The position numbers and the translations under genes were made by a program. A DNA stretch of 64,000 nucleotides from an uncultured Gammaproteobacteria bacterium (GTDB lineage: Bacteria > Patescibacteriota > Microgenomatia > UBA1406 > GWC2-37-13), in the NCBI GenBank assembly GCA_964535635.1, contig CAZHVF010000001.1:6508-70507 (forward strand), written 5' to 3'. Under the pieces are notes generated by a model. That model was given only the letters and a program-made list of their open reading frames with translations. It was not told the origin of the DNA and did no database searches. Below are positions 27,432-38,427 of the stretch, in pieces (positions within the stretch are counted from its first letter, which is position 1; every line of letters starts with the position of its first letter).

Positions 27432-28875
27432 ACAGCACCTTCCGTTCCTTCTTATCGCGACCGTCGTCGCCATACTCTTTCTCCTGAGACTTGGGAGAGA
27501 TATGCTCTGGGATTGGGATGAATGTCTGTATGGTCAGTACGCGAAAGAGATGGTGCGAACTGGACACTACCTCACTAATATCTGGAACGGGTACATCGAT
27601 CTTCAAAAGCCACCGCTTTTTAGTTGGCTCCTTATCGTCCCAACAATCCTCAAACAACACGAGTTCGGTCTGAGAATGGTAAATGTCATCGCGTCACTCG
27701 GATTGTTATCGAGCGTGTATCTCTTTGCAAAACAATTTTTTAACCGTTCGACAGCGCTTCTTTCAATTCTCATTCTTTTAACCGCTGAGGTTTTTGTGAT
27801 CTATTCGCTCAAGCTCAGCACCGATATGACCTATACACTGTTTTTGTTTCTTGGCGTGTGGACCTGGCTGTCGAATAAGCGGTGGAGTCCGTGGATTGCG
27901 GGAATGCTATTCGGGCTTGCCACGATGACAAAGGGAATTGGCGTTATACAGTTTCTCGGCGCTCTGTTCATCTCACTCTTTCTCAACTACAGAAAAGGAC
28001 GACTGCTTAATTTTTTGAAGATGTTCGCTCTTGCTACACTCGTCGCACTCCCATGGCATCTGGCATCCTACACCGAATATGGATATCAATTTGTAAAGGT
28101 TTACTTCCTCGACAATATCATAAAAAGATCAAGATATCCGATCGAGTTTCACCGAGAGCGCGTATGGTTCTATGGAATACTTGTCTATCGTGAATTAATG
28201 CCATGGCTTCTCGCCGCATTCACATTCCCCGTTGTAAAAATTCGTTCGCTACTCAACCTTAAAAAAAACGAAACGATCTACACAATACTTCTCCTCGTCA
28301 TTGTTCCGTTGATAGGCATCACTCGCGTACAAACAAGGATTGCATGGTACATATTGCCGCTCTATCCATTCCTTTCGATCTATCTTGCGTACTGTCTAAA
28401 TATTTTCATTGAGTTCATATCGGTAAAATTCCCCAAACAACATCAACGCCGAGTACAGAATGTAGCTTTCTGTCTACTAGCATTATTAATCGCCTATGAC
28501 GCAGGTAAGCTGATTCTCAATGAGACTCGTGTCTCACAAGTAATGCAATCGATTGACACTCGTCAGGAAGTAGCTCTTCAGGTCGCCAGACAACCGCAAC
28601 GATACCTAACGTACCTCGTCCCGTTTGGAGAACGACAAGCGAAGGTGATTCTTCCTCCAGAGGAGACGATCGATATGACCTGGGTATATGGTGGGAATGG
28701 CTGTATGGTCTATTATGGAGATAAGAAGACCGAATACGTCTATGAAGTTCCCCGTTTCGAGCACCTTCTCAAAACACAACCCGGACTCTTCCTTATCTCA
28801 ACACAGGATGCTCAATATGCAGAGGGTACTAAAATAGTATTCCGAAATGCCGATTACATTCTATTCAATAGATGA
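27418..28875 (+). CDS. GT-C membrane glycosyltransferase (ArnT/GT83-GT39-like)
   Basis: LWDWDECLYGQYAKEMV...DLQKPPLFSWL is the typical ArnT-family first periplasmic loop. More than 10 TMs plus a C-terminal soluble domain. Confidence 0.8.
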   Translation: MNRIKQHLPFLLIATVVAILFLLRLGRDMLWDWDECLYGQYAKEMVRTGHYLTNIWNGYIDLQKPPLFSWLLIVPTILKQHEFGLRMVNVIASLGLLSSVYLFAKQFFNRSTALLSILILLTAEVFVIYSLKLSTDMTYTLFLFLGVWTWLSNKRWSPWIAGMLFGLATMTKGIGVIQFLGALFISLFLNYRKGRLLNFLKMFALATLVALPWHLASYTEYGYQFVKVYFLDNIIKRSRYPIEFHRERVWFYGILVYRELMPWLLAAFTFPVVKIRSLLNLKKNETIYTILLLVIVPLIGITRVQTRIAWYILPLYPFLSIYLAYCLNIFIEFISVKFPKQHQRRVQNVAFCLLALLIAYDAGKLILNETRVSQVMQSIDTRQEVALQVARQPQRYLTYLVPFGERQAKVILPPEETIDMTWVYGGNGCMVYYGDKKTEYVYEVPRFEHLLKTQPGLFLISTQDAQYAEGTKIVFRNADYILFNR

Positions 28876-28886
28876 GGTACGGTCGT

Positions 28887-29813
28887 TTAGAAGCCGAGGG
28901 TGGAATCGATAATATACTGAGGTCGCGCCTTGATCTCATCGTACATTCGTCGCATATACTCGCCTACCACTCCGAGCGCGAATAACTGCAATCCACCGAT
29001 AAACATAATCAGAATGACGGTCGTCGCGAAACCAGGAACGGCGTTGTAATTTGACGTAAAGAACTTCTGATAACCCGCCCATAACGTACCGGCAACAGAG
29101 AGAAGTATTCCAAAAAATCCGAGCCAGGTTATCGCCTGCAACGGCATGTAGGAGAACGAAAAAATGCCGTCGGAGGCGAGCTTGAAGATCTTCGACATCG
29201 TATACTTACTTTCCCCTGCATTTCGTGCATCCCGATCGTACGCGAGCCCGATCTGTTTATAGCCCACCCAGCTTCGCAGCCCACGAACAAAACGATTTCT
29301 CTCGGGTAGTGAGTTAATCGCATCGACCATTCTACGATTCATGACGCAAAAATCCCCGCTATCGAGCGGGATATCAACCCTAGCCACGAATTTGAGAAAT
29401 CGGTAGTACATACTGTACCCAAGTTTCTTCAGAAATCCCTCTTTCCGATTTTTTCTGATGGCGTACACCGTGTCATATCCACTGGCGAGCTTCTTAAAAA
29501 ACTCAGGAAGCACTTCTGGCGGATCTTGCAGATCTGCATCAAGAATCGCGATCGCATCTCCGGTTGCGTATTTTAAGCCGGCGCTTACCGCAGTTTGATG
29601 ACCAAAGTTCCGTGAAAAATTGATCACCTTTACTGTTTTGTTCTTTTTATGGAGCGCGGTCAGGAGTTCTCGCGTTTTATCTGACGAGCCATCATTGATA
29701 AAAATAATCTCATGCGTTCCTTTGAGAGAAGATAGAATGGTGGTCACACGCGTAAACAACTGATTAATATTCTCCTGCTCGTTAAATACGGGAAGAATAA
29801 TTGAGTAGTCCAT
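28887..29813 (-). CDS. GT2 polyprenol-phosphate glycosyltransferase with C-terminal TM pair (GtrB/ArnC-like)
   Basis: SIILPVFNEQENI, IFINDGSSDKT, DADLQDPPE, plus two C-terminal TM helices. Confidence 0.87.
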   Translation of the reverse strand: MDYSIILPVFNEQENINQLFTRVTTILSSLKGTHEIIFINDGSSDKTRELLTALHKKNKTVKVINFSRNFGHQTAVSAGLKYATGDAIAILDADLQDPPEVLPEFFKKLASGYDTVYAIRKNRKEGFLKKLGYSMYYRFLKFVARVDIPLDSGDFCVMNRRMVDAINSLPERNRFVRGLRSWVGYKQIGLAYDRDARNAGESKYTMSKIFKLASDGIFSFSYMPLQAITWLGFFGILLSVAGTLWAGYQKFFTSNYNAVPGFATTVILIMFIGGLQLFALGVVGEYMRRMYDEIKARPQYIIDSTLGF

Positions 29814-29836
29814 GCAAGTATTATATACTAATCTCA

Positions 29837-31360
29837 ATGTTCGATATATCTACCATCGGCACTTGGTTTCGAAAGAACTTTACACGTGTTGATGTAGTTA
29901 TTTGGATCGGACTCGCCATACTCTTTCTCGCAACGCGACTGATTCATCTTGGATCATTGCCGATCTTTACCGATGAGGGAATTTACATTCATTGGTCGAA
30001 AATTGCATGGAAGGATGCTGCGTGGAGATTCATCTCTCTAACCGATGGGAAGCAACCCCTCCATACCTGGGGAATGATTCCATTTCTGAAAATTTTTTCG
30101 CCAAATCTTCTTGTTGGCGGACGGATGTTTTCGGTCCTAACCGGAGCGATCGCAGTGAAAGGAATGTTCTTACTTGCGTACTATCTCTGGGGAAAACGAA
30201 CAGCATACCTCGCATCACTTCTCTATATCGTCACGCCGATGTTTGTTTTTTATGATCGAATGGCGCTTGCAGACTCTGCGGTGAATGCGGGTTTCATCTG
30301 GACACTCTTCGGATCGATTCTTCTGGTACGAACGCTTCGACTCGACGTTGCGCTTGGCACCGGGCTTATTGCAGGACTTTCACTTCTGACAAAATCCTCT
30401 TCACAGATGTTTCTTGGTCTTAGTGCGCTCGCACCAGTTCTTCGTTTTGAAAAGAAAACCAAACCGACCACGTATGGAAGTTACTATGTCCTCTACGCTC
30501 TCGTTCTTGTTCTTGGATTCGCGCTTTACAACATTCAGCGACTGTCACCCTATCTGCAGTTTGTTGATCAAAAAAATGCGACCTTCGTAATGACCTTCCG
30601 TGAATTTTTTCATGCACCGTTCTCACTTGTTTGGGGAAATCTTCCACTCGTTCCATGGTATGTAGGATCAGAAATGGGGTATGTAACCGCAGTCCTGGGA
30701 TTACTCGGTCTTGTACTTCTCATTAAAAAAGACTGGCGACTGGGGCTTTACTTATCGGCATGGATCGTATTCCCGTATATTGCAATTTCGTTTTTCGCGA
30801 AGGTCATTTTCCCACGATACCTCATTTTTTTTGCATCACTACTCACGCTCACCGCAGCGTACGCTCTCGCGAACTGTACAAGAGCGTACGTTAAAAAGCT
30901 TGTACTCATCCTGATGTTTGTCTGGGTAGGATACTTTAACTACACCATTCTTTTTAATAATCAAGTGATTCCATTTCCACCCGTCGATCGAGGTCAGTAC
31001 ATCGAAAGCGTAAACGCCGGATATGGAATAACCGACATTATTCAATTTGCACGAGAACGTGCAAAGGAGAAGCCAGTAATTCTGGTCGCAGAAGGTAACT
31101 TTGGCGTCGTTGGCGATATGCTCGAATCTTCTCTCGGACCAGGAGAACAGATCACTGTTCGGGGATATTGGCCACTTACCGAGAAGGATCTCTACAATAA
31201 TCAAAAAGAGTTAGCAACACACACCGTACTCGTGGTGTACTCTCATAAACAGTTGAAGGACATTCTCCCAATTTGGCCATTGAAGCTTATCCACGAATAT
31301 ACCAGACCCTATGGCGACTCACGCTTTACGCTTCTTGAGCTGACCAACGCCAAGCAGTAA
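29837..31360 (+). CDS. GT-C membrane glycosyltransferase (ArnT/PMT_2-like)
   Basis: 507 aa from ATG 29837 (TATACT 7 nt upstream). First loop LPIFTDEGIYIHW, more than 10 TMs, C-terminal soluble domain. Confidence 0.75.
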   Translation: MFDISTIGTWFRKNFTRVDVVIWIGLAILFLATRLIHLGSLPIFTDEGIYIHWSKIAWKDAAWRFISLTDGKQPLHTWGMIPFLKIFSPNLLVGGRMFSVLTGAIAVKGMFLLAYYLWGKRTAYLASLLYIVTPMFVFYDRMALADSAVNAGFIWTLFGSILLVRTLRLDVALGTGLIAGLSLLTKSSSQMFLGLSALAPVLRFEKKTKPTTYGSYYVLYALVLVLGFALYNIQRLSPYLQFVDQKNATFVMTFREFFHAPFSLVWGNLPLVPWYVGSEMGYVTAVLGLLGLVLLIKKDWRLGLYLSAWIVFPYIAISFFAKVIFPRYLIFFASLLTLTAAYALANCTRAYVKKLVLILMFVWVGYFNYTILFNNQVIPFPPVDRGQYIESVNAGYGITDIIQFARERAKEKPVILVAEGNFGVVGDMLESSLGPGEQITVRGYWPLTEKDLYNNQKELATHTVLVVYSHKQLKDILPIWPLKLIHEYTRPYGDSRFTLLELTNAKQ

Positions 31361-33040
31361 TATCATCCCGGCAACCGTGAGCACCGACACTACATTCGCT
31401 GTTTTTCGAATTGGTGTATCCTCAAATCGAAACTCGAGTGAGTGACTACCGGATGGAACTTGAATTCGGATCAATCGGTACCTATTCGTTGCATTAATCT
31501 CTACAGGCGCTCCGTCAATGGTCGCAACCCACCCTGGGAAATAAAAGGTGTTGAGCTGAAACATTGTATTCTGAGGTGACTCCACGAGAAACGTCTTCTC
31601 GTTAAAATGCGTTACACGAGGAGTTACCTGAGCGTTGTCGGCATAAACTTGATATGACTGCTTCGGGACGTTCTTTTCCTCGATATCGAAGATGCTTGTA
31701 TCATACCGTGACTTTTTTAAGGGAACGCCACGTGGACTGAACTCGAATGAGCTACCACTCACCTTCCATGCCAGTTCTTGAAACGATGTGAGCGCTCCAT
31801 CATGCTTTGCGATGTATTCTGATGGTCGAAAGTACTTTCCGTACTGCATACCCAGAACGCCAATTATGAGAAGTGTGAATATATATTGAAGCGCTCCACG
31901 GTACCTTTTTCCCAGAATGCTCGGCATATAATCAACCGCGTACGCGCCGACTATCGAGATGAAAAGTCCGGTAAAGGACAGCATTCTCCATGGAAACTGG
32001 AGATATTGAAGTTGAGGGATCGTGTCCCACACTCCTCGTGAATACTCTGTTGCGAGAAAGAGCGTGCTCAGCAGTAATATGGTGTAGATGCCGAAGGTGC
32101 GAGCTATTGGTGCTGAGATTTTTTTTCTCATTAGTCCCCATGAAAATAGAAGAACTGAAGCAAGCATTATTACAATGTGAATTTTCCCGAGTTGAAAACT
32201 CATCCCATCTGCAAAGCCTGCACCGGAACCGCCATACCCCCATGGTGAGTACCAGAACTGAATCGGTTGTACAAAGTGAATACGGTATGAGGCAAGCTCT
32301 CGCGTTAGGATCGTATCGACCAGCGTGTACGATCGCTCAACCATTGAAGGAAGCCAGAAGAAAGCAGATACCCCGAGTCCGAGAATCCCACCCAATAGTG
32401 TCTTGACGAGAAATCGAATTTTTTTGTCTTCCCATGGAATCATCAGGAGAACGTATACTCCACAGAGAAGTACAAACGGGAAGCCGACAAACACATGCGA
32501 CAGCATGATGAGCGCAAACGCTACTCCAAACCAAACCGCTGAACGAAGCGATTTGCGTTCTCGCACAAGCTCGAGCGCGAGAAACGCATACGGGAGGAGA
32601 TTCATTCCCCAGAATTCTGCAAACGCACCTCGCACGTACACGAGCGTCGCATGATACGTGAAAAAAGTAAATAACGCAGCGGCAAGCACGGCTGCAATGT
32701 TCGTGGAAAATAACTTTCTTCCAAGGAGATACACTCCGACTGCACCGACGAGATATCCTGCGATGATCATCGATTTGATTGACCATACATACGTCGCACC
32801 AAGTAGTCGAAATATCTCAGAAATGTAGTAGATGAGTGGCGGATAAAAGTTAAATAACGGATATCCGAAGTTAAACCCAAGGAGATCGACCCATCGCGGA
32901 AATAAGCTGCCTTGATGAATGCCGGTGTCGAGCAGGAACAGTCGTGCGATATGCTGAAAGTCATGCATCGAAAAGTACCATGGGTTCAGAAGACTAATAA
33001 ATGCAGGAATTGTTATAATCAATGTGAGCAGGAGAAACAT
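31319..33040 (-). CDS. large polytopic membrane protein, GT-C-like (PTPS-related/COG5617-type)
   Basis: HDFQHIARLFLL...GSLFPRWVDLLGFNFGYPLFNFYPPLIYY pattern, about 13 TMs, beta-rich extracytoplasmic domain, terminal TM. Start is uncertain (33103, 33040 or 32968). Confidence 0.62.
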   Translation of the reverse strand: MFLLLTLIITIPAFISLLNPWYFSMHDFQHIARLFLLDTGIHQGSLFPRWVDLLGFNFGYPLFNFYPPLIYYISEIFRLLGATYVWSIKSMIIAGYLVGAVGVYLLGRKLFSTNIAAVLAAALFTFFTYHATLVYVRGAFAEFWGMNLLPYAFLALELVRERKSLRSAVWFGVAFALIMLSHVFVGFPFVLLCGVYVLLMIPWEDKKIRFLVKTLLGGILGLGVSAFFWLPSMVERSYTLVDTILTRELASYRIHFVQPIQFWYSPWGYGGSGAGFADGMSFQLGKIHIVIMLASVLLFSWGLMRKKISAPIARTFGIYTILLLSTLFLATEYSRGVWDTIPQLQYLQFPWRMLSFTGLFISIVGAYAVDYMPSILGKRYRGALQYIFTLLIIGVLGMQYGKYFRPSEYIAKHDGALTSFQELAWKVSGSSFEFSPRGVPLKKSRYDTSIFDIEEKNVPKQSYQVYADNAQVTPRVTHFNEKTFLVESPQNTMFQLNTFYFPGWVATIDGAPVEINATNRYRLIRIQVPSGSHSLEFRFEDTPIRKTANVVSVLTVAGMILLLGVGQLKKRKA

Positions 33041-33053
33041 TGAAATTATTATA

Positions 33054-34505
33054 ATGGATACGCTGAGCAAGGACGAACTTAAACGAAGAGGATTTATCAG
33101 CACGATCAGCCTTTTTTTTCAGAGTGGTTACTCTGCCGTCTTAGGGCTCGTCGCCAACCTCATCGTTACCATCCTGCTCAGTCCGCATATCTTCGGCATC
33201 TACATCACCGTCCTTTCGGTTATCGCCCTGCTCAATTACTTCTCTGACTTTGGACTTGCCGCATCGCTCATACAAAAAAAGGAGATGACCGATGATGATG
33301 TTCGAACGACCTTTACCGTCCAACAGTCATTAATCATTACACTCATCTCGATTGGTTTTGTAATCACGCCATTTGTGAAGAAGTTCTACGATCTTCCCCA
33401 GGAAGGAATCTACCTCTACTGGGCGCTCCTCTTCTCTTTTTTTGTTTCATCGCTCAAAACGATCCCTTCGGTATTTCTCGAACGACATATTCAATTCAAT
33501 AAGGTGGTCTATGTTCAGGTAGTTGAGAACACCTTGTTTTATACCGCAGTCTCAACGCTTGCCATTCTCCACTTTAGTCTGATGAGCTTTACGTATGCAG
33601 TGTTGATTCGAGCCGTCGTTGGACTCATTATGATCTATAAAATATCTCCATGGTCGCCTCGCATTGGCATCCATAAACAATCACTCAAGACACTGCTGTC
33701 ATTTGGCGTACCATTTCAAGCTACGTCCTTTCTTGCGCTCTTTAAGGACGATCTTATAACCCTGTTTCTCGGAAAAATTCTTGGATTCGAACTCCTCGGA
33801 TACGTTGGATGGGCAAAGAAGTGGGCAGATGCTCCACTACGAGTATTCATGGACAATGTGGGGAGAGTGCTTTTCCCGGTCATGGCTCGCGTCCAAGATG
33901 ATAAGGAAAAGCTCCGCAGCATCAGTCATAAACTCCTGTACTACCAAACAATGCTTCTCGCACCAGTGCTTGTCGGCATGATGTTCGCACTCCCTATGCT
34001 TGTACAGCTAATTCCCCAATACGGGAAATGGGAGCCGGCAATCCCACTGTTCTACATCTTTGCACTGTCGTCGCTCATTGTGTCGTTCTCTGCACCGTTC
34101 ATGGCACTCTTTAATGCACTCGGAAAAGTGAAGATTACATTTTCGTTTATGCTCCTCATCACAACGATTACCTGGATTCTTACTCCAATCATGACGGCTC
34201 GATTTCATCAATATGGCTTTCCCCTTACGCACATCATTGTCTCAACCACATTAGGATTCATTCTCCTCAAGGTGAAGTCGACATTGCATATGAAAATTCT
34301 TCCCGCAATCTATCGACCGCTCCTGGCGAGCGCGGGGATGGGCATAGTCTTATTTGGATTTCATACCCTCGTTCCAACGGTCGACATATTTGGATTTATT
34401 TTTACGGCTCTTCTTGGAGCCGTAACATACTTTGGGCTTATGACCTATGTATTCCGAACAAATATTCTCCACGAATTATTAGAACTCAAGCGAACTCATG
34501 TCTGA
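33054..34505 (+). CDS. Wzx-like oligosaccharide flippase (MOP superfamily)
   Basis: About 12-14 TMs. N-terminal pattern GFISTISLFFQSGYSAVLGLVANLIVTILLSP..FG and DFGLAASLIQKKE is typical of polysaccharide-biosynthesis flippases. Confidence 0.8.
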   Translation: MDTLSKDELKRRGFISTISLFFQSGYSAVLGLVANLIVTILLSPHIFGIYITVLSVIALLNYFSDFGLAASLIQKKEMTDDDVRTTFTVQQSLIITLISIGFVITPFVKKFYDLPQEGIYLYWALLFSFFVSSLKTIPSVFLERHIQFNKVVYVQVVENTLFYTAVSTLAILHFSLMSFTYAVLIRAVVGLIMIYKISPWSPRIGIHKQSLKTLLSFGVPFQATSFLALFKDDLITLFLGKILGFELLGYVGWAKKWADAPLRVFMDNVGRVLFPVMARVQDDKEKLRSISHKLLYYQTMLLAPVLVGMMFALPMLVQLIPQYGKWEPAIPLFYIFALSSLIVSFSAPFMALFNALGKVKITFSFMLLITTITWILTPIMTARFHQYGFPLTHIIVSTTLGFILLKVKSTLHMKILPAIYRPLLASAGMGIVLFGFHTLVPTVDIFGFIFTALLGAVTYFGLMTYVFRTNILHELLELKRTHV

Positions 34506-35313
34506 ACAACTTGCGATCATTACCGTCTCGTACAATAAAGGAGCTATTCACCAACTTCTCGAATCACTCGATGTACCTCATCAACATGCCACTCTCTTTA
34601 TCGTAGATATATCCGGCAATGCCGACCCCTACCCTAACACAAAACATCTGTCGGTCTCTGTTCTCGCTCGACCGAATCGTGGGTACGCTGCGGGAGTGAA
34701 CGAAGGTCTCAAAGAAGCTAAACGGCATGGAAATCAACTCTACTGCGTTATCAACGATGACACACTTGTTGCAAAGGACTTCGTCGATAACACAATCGCT
34801 GCAATTAAACGACATCCCGATGCGCTCATCGGCGGAGTTATCTACTACGCGCCGGGGTATGAGTATCATCATGATCGCTATACAAAAAAAGACCTTGGAA
34901 AGGTCTTCTGGTATGCGGGTGGATACGTCGACTGGGCACACAGCCAACCTGCTCATCGAGGGGTCGATGAGGTTGATCATCACCAGTTCAATCGAGCGGA
35001 GCGAACATCATTTATCACCGGCTGTCTTATGGCATTCAATTCACAGACACTGAAAAAACTTGGGTACTGGGATGAATCTTACTTTCTCTATTACGAAGAT
35101 GCGGATTACTGTGAACGAGCGAAACGCAAGAATATCTCACTCGTCTATGACCCATCAATCAAGATCTGGCACCTGGTCTCCCAGTCAACTGATGGTTCTG
35201 GCTCGTTGCTTCATAAGAAGTATCAACGGAAGAATTTAGTGAAGTTTGCACTGCGGTACGCGCCAATCAAAACGAAGGCTCACATTCTGAAAAATTTCCT
35301 CTTCGGCCTCTGA
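34498..35313 (+). CDS. GT2 glycosyltransferase (rhamnosyltransferase-like)
   Basis: AIITVSYNKG, VINDDT, TGCLMAFNSQTLKKLGYWDESYFLYYEDADYCERAKRKN. Confidence 0.85.
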   Translation: MSEQLAIITVSYNKGAIHQLLESLDVPHQHATLFIVDISGNADPYPNTKHLSVSVLARPNRGYAAGVNEGLKEAKRHGNQLYCVINDDTLVAKDFVDNTIAAIKRHPDALIGGVIYYAPGYEYHHDRYTKKDLGKVFWYAGGYVDWAHSQPAHRGVDEVDHHQFNRAERTSFITGCLMAFNSQTLKKLGYWDESYFLYYEDADYCERAKRKNISLVYDPSIKIWHLVSQSTDGSGSLLHKKYQRKNLVKFALRYAPIKTKAHILKNFLFGL

Positions 35314-35633
35314 CCTGAGATTCTCGCACGTTCGACCCTCTGCTCATTTTCAAACACTTCTAATACGACCCTCGCAATTTTCTCACCAGCTCCTGGTTGG
35401 AATCCGAGACGACTGAAGCCACGCTCAAAACGCTCGTACACAATGTTGCGCTGTGATTCATTTATCGTATCTTCCCCGAGATGTAATTTTGCTCTTGCCA
35501 TGGTCTGTACTTCTTTCAGCCGCTTTCCGAAGAATGTAATGAGATGGGTATCAGCACTTTCTATGCGAGATCGAACAGTTTCTTTTACGCTCTGCCAGTA
35601 ACTCCGACTGTGCTCAGGACTATGACGTTCCAT
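35280..35633 (-). CDS. hypothetical protein
   Basis: 117 aa from ATG 35633, with AGGTG 4 nt upstream. Same strand as, and directly downstream of, the GT-C gene at 35676..37325. No family recognised. Confidence 0.5.
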   Translation of the reverse strand: MERHSPEHSRSYWQSVKETVRSRIESADTHLITFFGKRLKEVQTMARAKLHLGEDTINESQRNIVYERFERGFSRLGFQPGAGEKIARVVLEVFENEQRVERARISGQRPKRKFFRM

Positions 35634-35675
35634 AGTCACCTACTATACCAAAAAATGAAGCTATTTCAATACGGA

Positions 35676-37325
35676 TCACTGTATATATCCTTTATCTCGA
35701 AGTGCAGACAAGACCTCGGCGAGTCGATCGGTTCTGATATGTAAATCTGCCTTGAGATCGACTCCGGTCGGATTTTTTAGCACCTCGACACCCTTCACCT
35801 TCTCGAGTGGAGTGTATGACCCCTTCATCCATTGAAGAAAAAACTTCCCAAACTCCAGGGCGGGAGTCTGAAAGATCGAAGCACTTTGTTTGTAGATAAC
35901 GATCTTCGGAGGGTGCTCATTGAACTGCGCAAGGAAGGATGATCGTAACTCCGCTCCTTCACGAAACTGTGGCAACAGTGAAGGATGCTTGCCGGTCCAT
36001 CGACCCTTCATGACATAGAACGATTCCTGTGGCTCATATGGTCCCACGAAGTAGTAATCGCCTTCGTTGACGATCTCATCGATAAACTGTGCCGCAGGTC
36101 CTCCGTTATGAATCGATGGGAATTTCTGTGTGTAAATTTTATATCCCACCTGGAAGGAGTTCGCCGTTAAGAAGATCGCGGTGAACAGGAAAAAGGTTAG
36201 TAGAACAAATCGAACCACACGTTGCAGATCGGAGAGCCATTCTTCTTTCGCCCGCGACTCCATCATGTTCCATAACGCGACAACTGCAGAAATGAGTCCC
36301 ACAACCAAGAACATTGCCGATTGATAGTCGGTCTCATGAAATGTCTGAAGACTACTTCTCGGCGCTGATAATGCAACGAGGAGAAAAAAGAGAACACCGA
36401 GAATCCAGTCGTGCGCAAATAAGACTCCGATAAGACTCAATGTTCCGAGACCTGCTAACGTCCCAGCTGGTAGGTAGAGATCGAGATGTTTAATCTGTGA
36501 GAGGAGCGGGAGGTATCCGTCGAGAAAGTTTGCAATGAGCGTCAGACTAAATTTGATGGGATTAAAGTGTGCGCCTCGTACATAGTTTGGGATGCTGATG
36601 TAGTACTTCGTGTTATATACAAAGTTCGCGAAGTAGAACTCGCTCCAGGTATTCGTCAGAACAAGCGATACGGCGAACAGTCCGTACGGTAATATTGACC
36701 ATCCTATCAACTGGAGCAGTGCTTTATTTGGTTTCCATTCGAGGAGATAGGCGTGCCACAGATACAGTACAACCGCCATATACAGGAAGGTTGCGGATGA
36801 CATTACCATACAAAACACCAAGAGCGACGAAACATACAGCGAACGGACGGAACGGCTTTTTGCGAATGTTTCAGCGAGGAGAATCCAGAATGATAGACTG
36901 AAGAATAAAACCGCCAGACTATCCGCAAGAAAGAGATGGAACCAGTAATAAAGCGCCATCGCAGGATACACGAAAAAGAATGCCATAAATGGCTTCGTGA
37001 GCGTGTGGTGGCTGTTCTTGATCCAACGGAAGAGAGCGGCAAACGCACCGAACTGGACCAACGCCCAGAGCAGACGCGTCTTCACGAACGACTGCCCGGT
37101 CACCAACAGCATGAGCGCGCCTGAATACCATGCAAATGGTAAGTGATGGTCCCAGAAGTCTTTGTACGGAAGCCCACCCGCGAGAAGTGTTTTCCCTGCG
37201 AGGAGGTTGATGTATTCGTCAGGATAGTCGACATACCGACTCGTGACCAGAAAAAGTCCGAGTACGAACACAAGGAAAAAAATGCTGGTTACGTTTTTTT
37301 TAATGAACATACTAAGTCGTCTCAT
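35676..37325 (-). CDS. GT-C-like polytopic membrane glycosyltransferase
   Basis: 549 aa. First loop YVDYPDEYINLLAGKTLLAGGLPYKDFWDHHLP, about 11 TMs, C-terminal soluble domain. Confidence 0.65.
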   Translation of the reverse strand: MRRLSMFIKKNVTSIFFLVFVLGLFLVTSRYVDYPDEYINLLAGKTLLAGGLPYKDFWDHHLPFAWYSGALMLLVTGQSFVKTRLLWALVQFGAFAALFRWIKNSHHTLTKPFMAFFFVYPAMALYYWFHLFLADSLAVLFFSLSFWILLAETFAKSRSVRSLYVSSLLVFCMVMSSATFLYMAVVLYLWHAYLLEWKPNKALLQLIGWSILPYGLFAVSLVLTNTWSEFYFANFVYNTKYYISIPNYVRGAHFNPIKFSLTLIANFLDGYLPLLSQIKHLDLYLPAGTLAGLGTLSLIGVLFAHDWILGVLFFLLVALSAPRSSLQTFHETDYQSAMFLVVGLISAVVALWNMMESRAKEEWLSDLQRVVRFVLLTFFLFTAIFLTANSFQVGYKIYTQKFPSIHNGGPAAQFIDEIVNEGDYYFVGPYEPQESFYVMKGRWTGKHPSLLPQFREGAELRSSFLAQFNEHPPKIVIYKQSASIFQTPALEFGKFFLQWMKGSYTPLEKVKGVEVLKNPTGVDLKADLHIRTDRLAEVLSALRDKGYIQ

Positions 37326-38401
37326 ACTTCATGGTGAGCGATTGCTTTTCGTCGAACAATCAGCATAACAGCATTAATCATAGCAAATAGAATCATGACG
37401 AGATGCTTCCGATCGACATTCCCCTGTTCACCCCAGGTGCCGTAGAGCAGGAATGGATAGTAGCTTGCAAGTAAACCGGTGAAGAATATCCAGAGTTCCT
37501 TGAGCCAGCGATATCCATATGGAAGAAAGCCGAACAGGACAAGGTAGTACCAGGCCTGCACCTCCTGATGGAAGGTTAAGTATCCGAGCAAAATGATGAC
37601 CACCGCCAGCACTCCTCGATCTAGCAGGGATGACTTTTTTCCAACAAAGATGAACGGTGCGGTGAGATACTTGATCCCTCCCGAGACGAGCAGAACCATT
37701 CTTCCCCAAAGTCCTCGCTTTGAATGAATGAGCTGGATCCCATAGAGCGTAAGCCCGACCGCAAGAAGATCGTTGTGATTGTTCATCAGTCCCTCGACAA
37801 GAACGAGTGGGTGCGTGCTAAAGAACAGCGCCCACCTCCGATCCATTTTATTGAGCGACCAAACGCCAAGGAGGTAGCTCAGTGCGAACAGTATTCGGAA
37901 TAGCCCATAGCTGATGACGAACTTGCCAAACCCAAGAAACGATGGGATAAGGGTTATCGGCAGAAATGTAGGCCCATAGGGATACGTTCGATGAACCCAG
38001 TGCATAAAGTGCAACTCCGGAGCATTGGGAAAATCGAGCGCTCTATAAAGGTATGGATTTTGATGATAGTAGGTCAAAATCTTTGCATCGAACATGTAGT
38101 TGAAAAGATCGTGGGAAAGAAATGGATATGCGCCAAGCAGGATCACCGCAGTGATAAGCCCGATCTTCAACGGCGAAAATCGGCGGTGATTCCGAATGAA
38201 CCACAGATGAAGACCAAGGAGTGCGCCAATGAGCACCAGGAACACCGCGGTTGATTCAGGTCGATGAAAGTATCCAATCTGAACCATTCCGTTTCTGAAC
38301 TGTGACCATATACTCAACCTGTTGAGTGTAAGATTCAGGTCGATCTGGGTGTATGAATAAAGGGCAAATAACGCTAGTGTAATCACGTAGGCAACTACCA
38401 T
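37322..38401 (-). CDS. GT-C-like membrane glycosyltransferase (DUF2029/MptB-like)
   Basis: 359 aa. LSHDLFNYMFDAKILTYYHQNPY ... TYPYGPTF resembles the DUF2029 mannosyltransferase loop. Overlaps the downstream gene by 4 nt. Confidence 0.62.
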   Translation of the reverse strand: MVVAYVITLALFALYSYTQIDLNLTLNRLSIWSQFRNGMVQIGYFHRPESTAVFLVLIGALLGLHLWFIRNHRRFSPLKIGLITAVILLGAYPFLSHDLFNYMFDAKILTYYHQNPYLYRALDFPNAPELHFMHWVHRTYPYGPTFLPITLIPSFLGFGKFVISYGLFRILFALSYLLGVWSLNKMDRRWALFFSTHPLVLVEGLMNNHNDLLAVGLTLYGIQLIHSKRGLWGRMVLLVSGGIKYLTAPFIFVGKKSSLLDRGVLAVVIILLGYLTFHQEVQAWYYLVLFGFLPYGYRWLKELWIFFTGLLASYYPFLLYGTWGEQGNVDRKHLVMILFAMINAVMLIVRRKAIAHHEV

Positions 38402-38427
38402 GGTTATATGTTCTATAATATAGCATA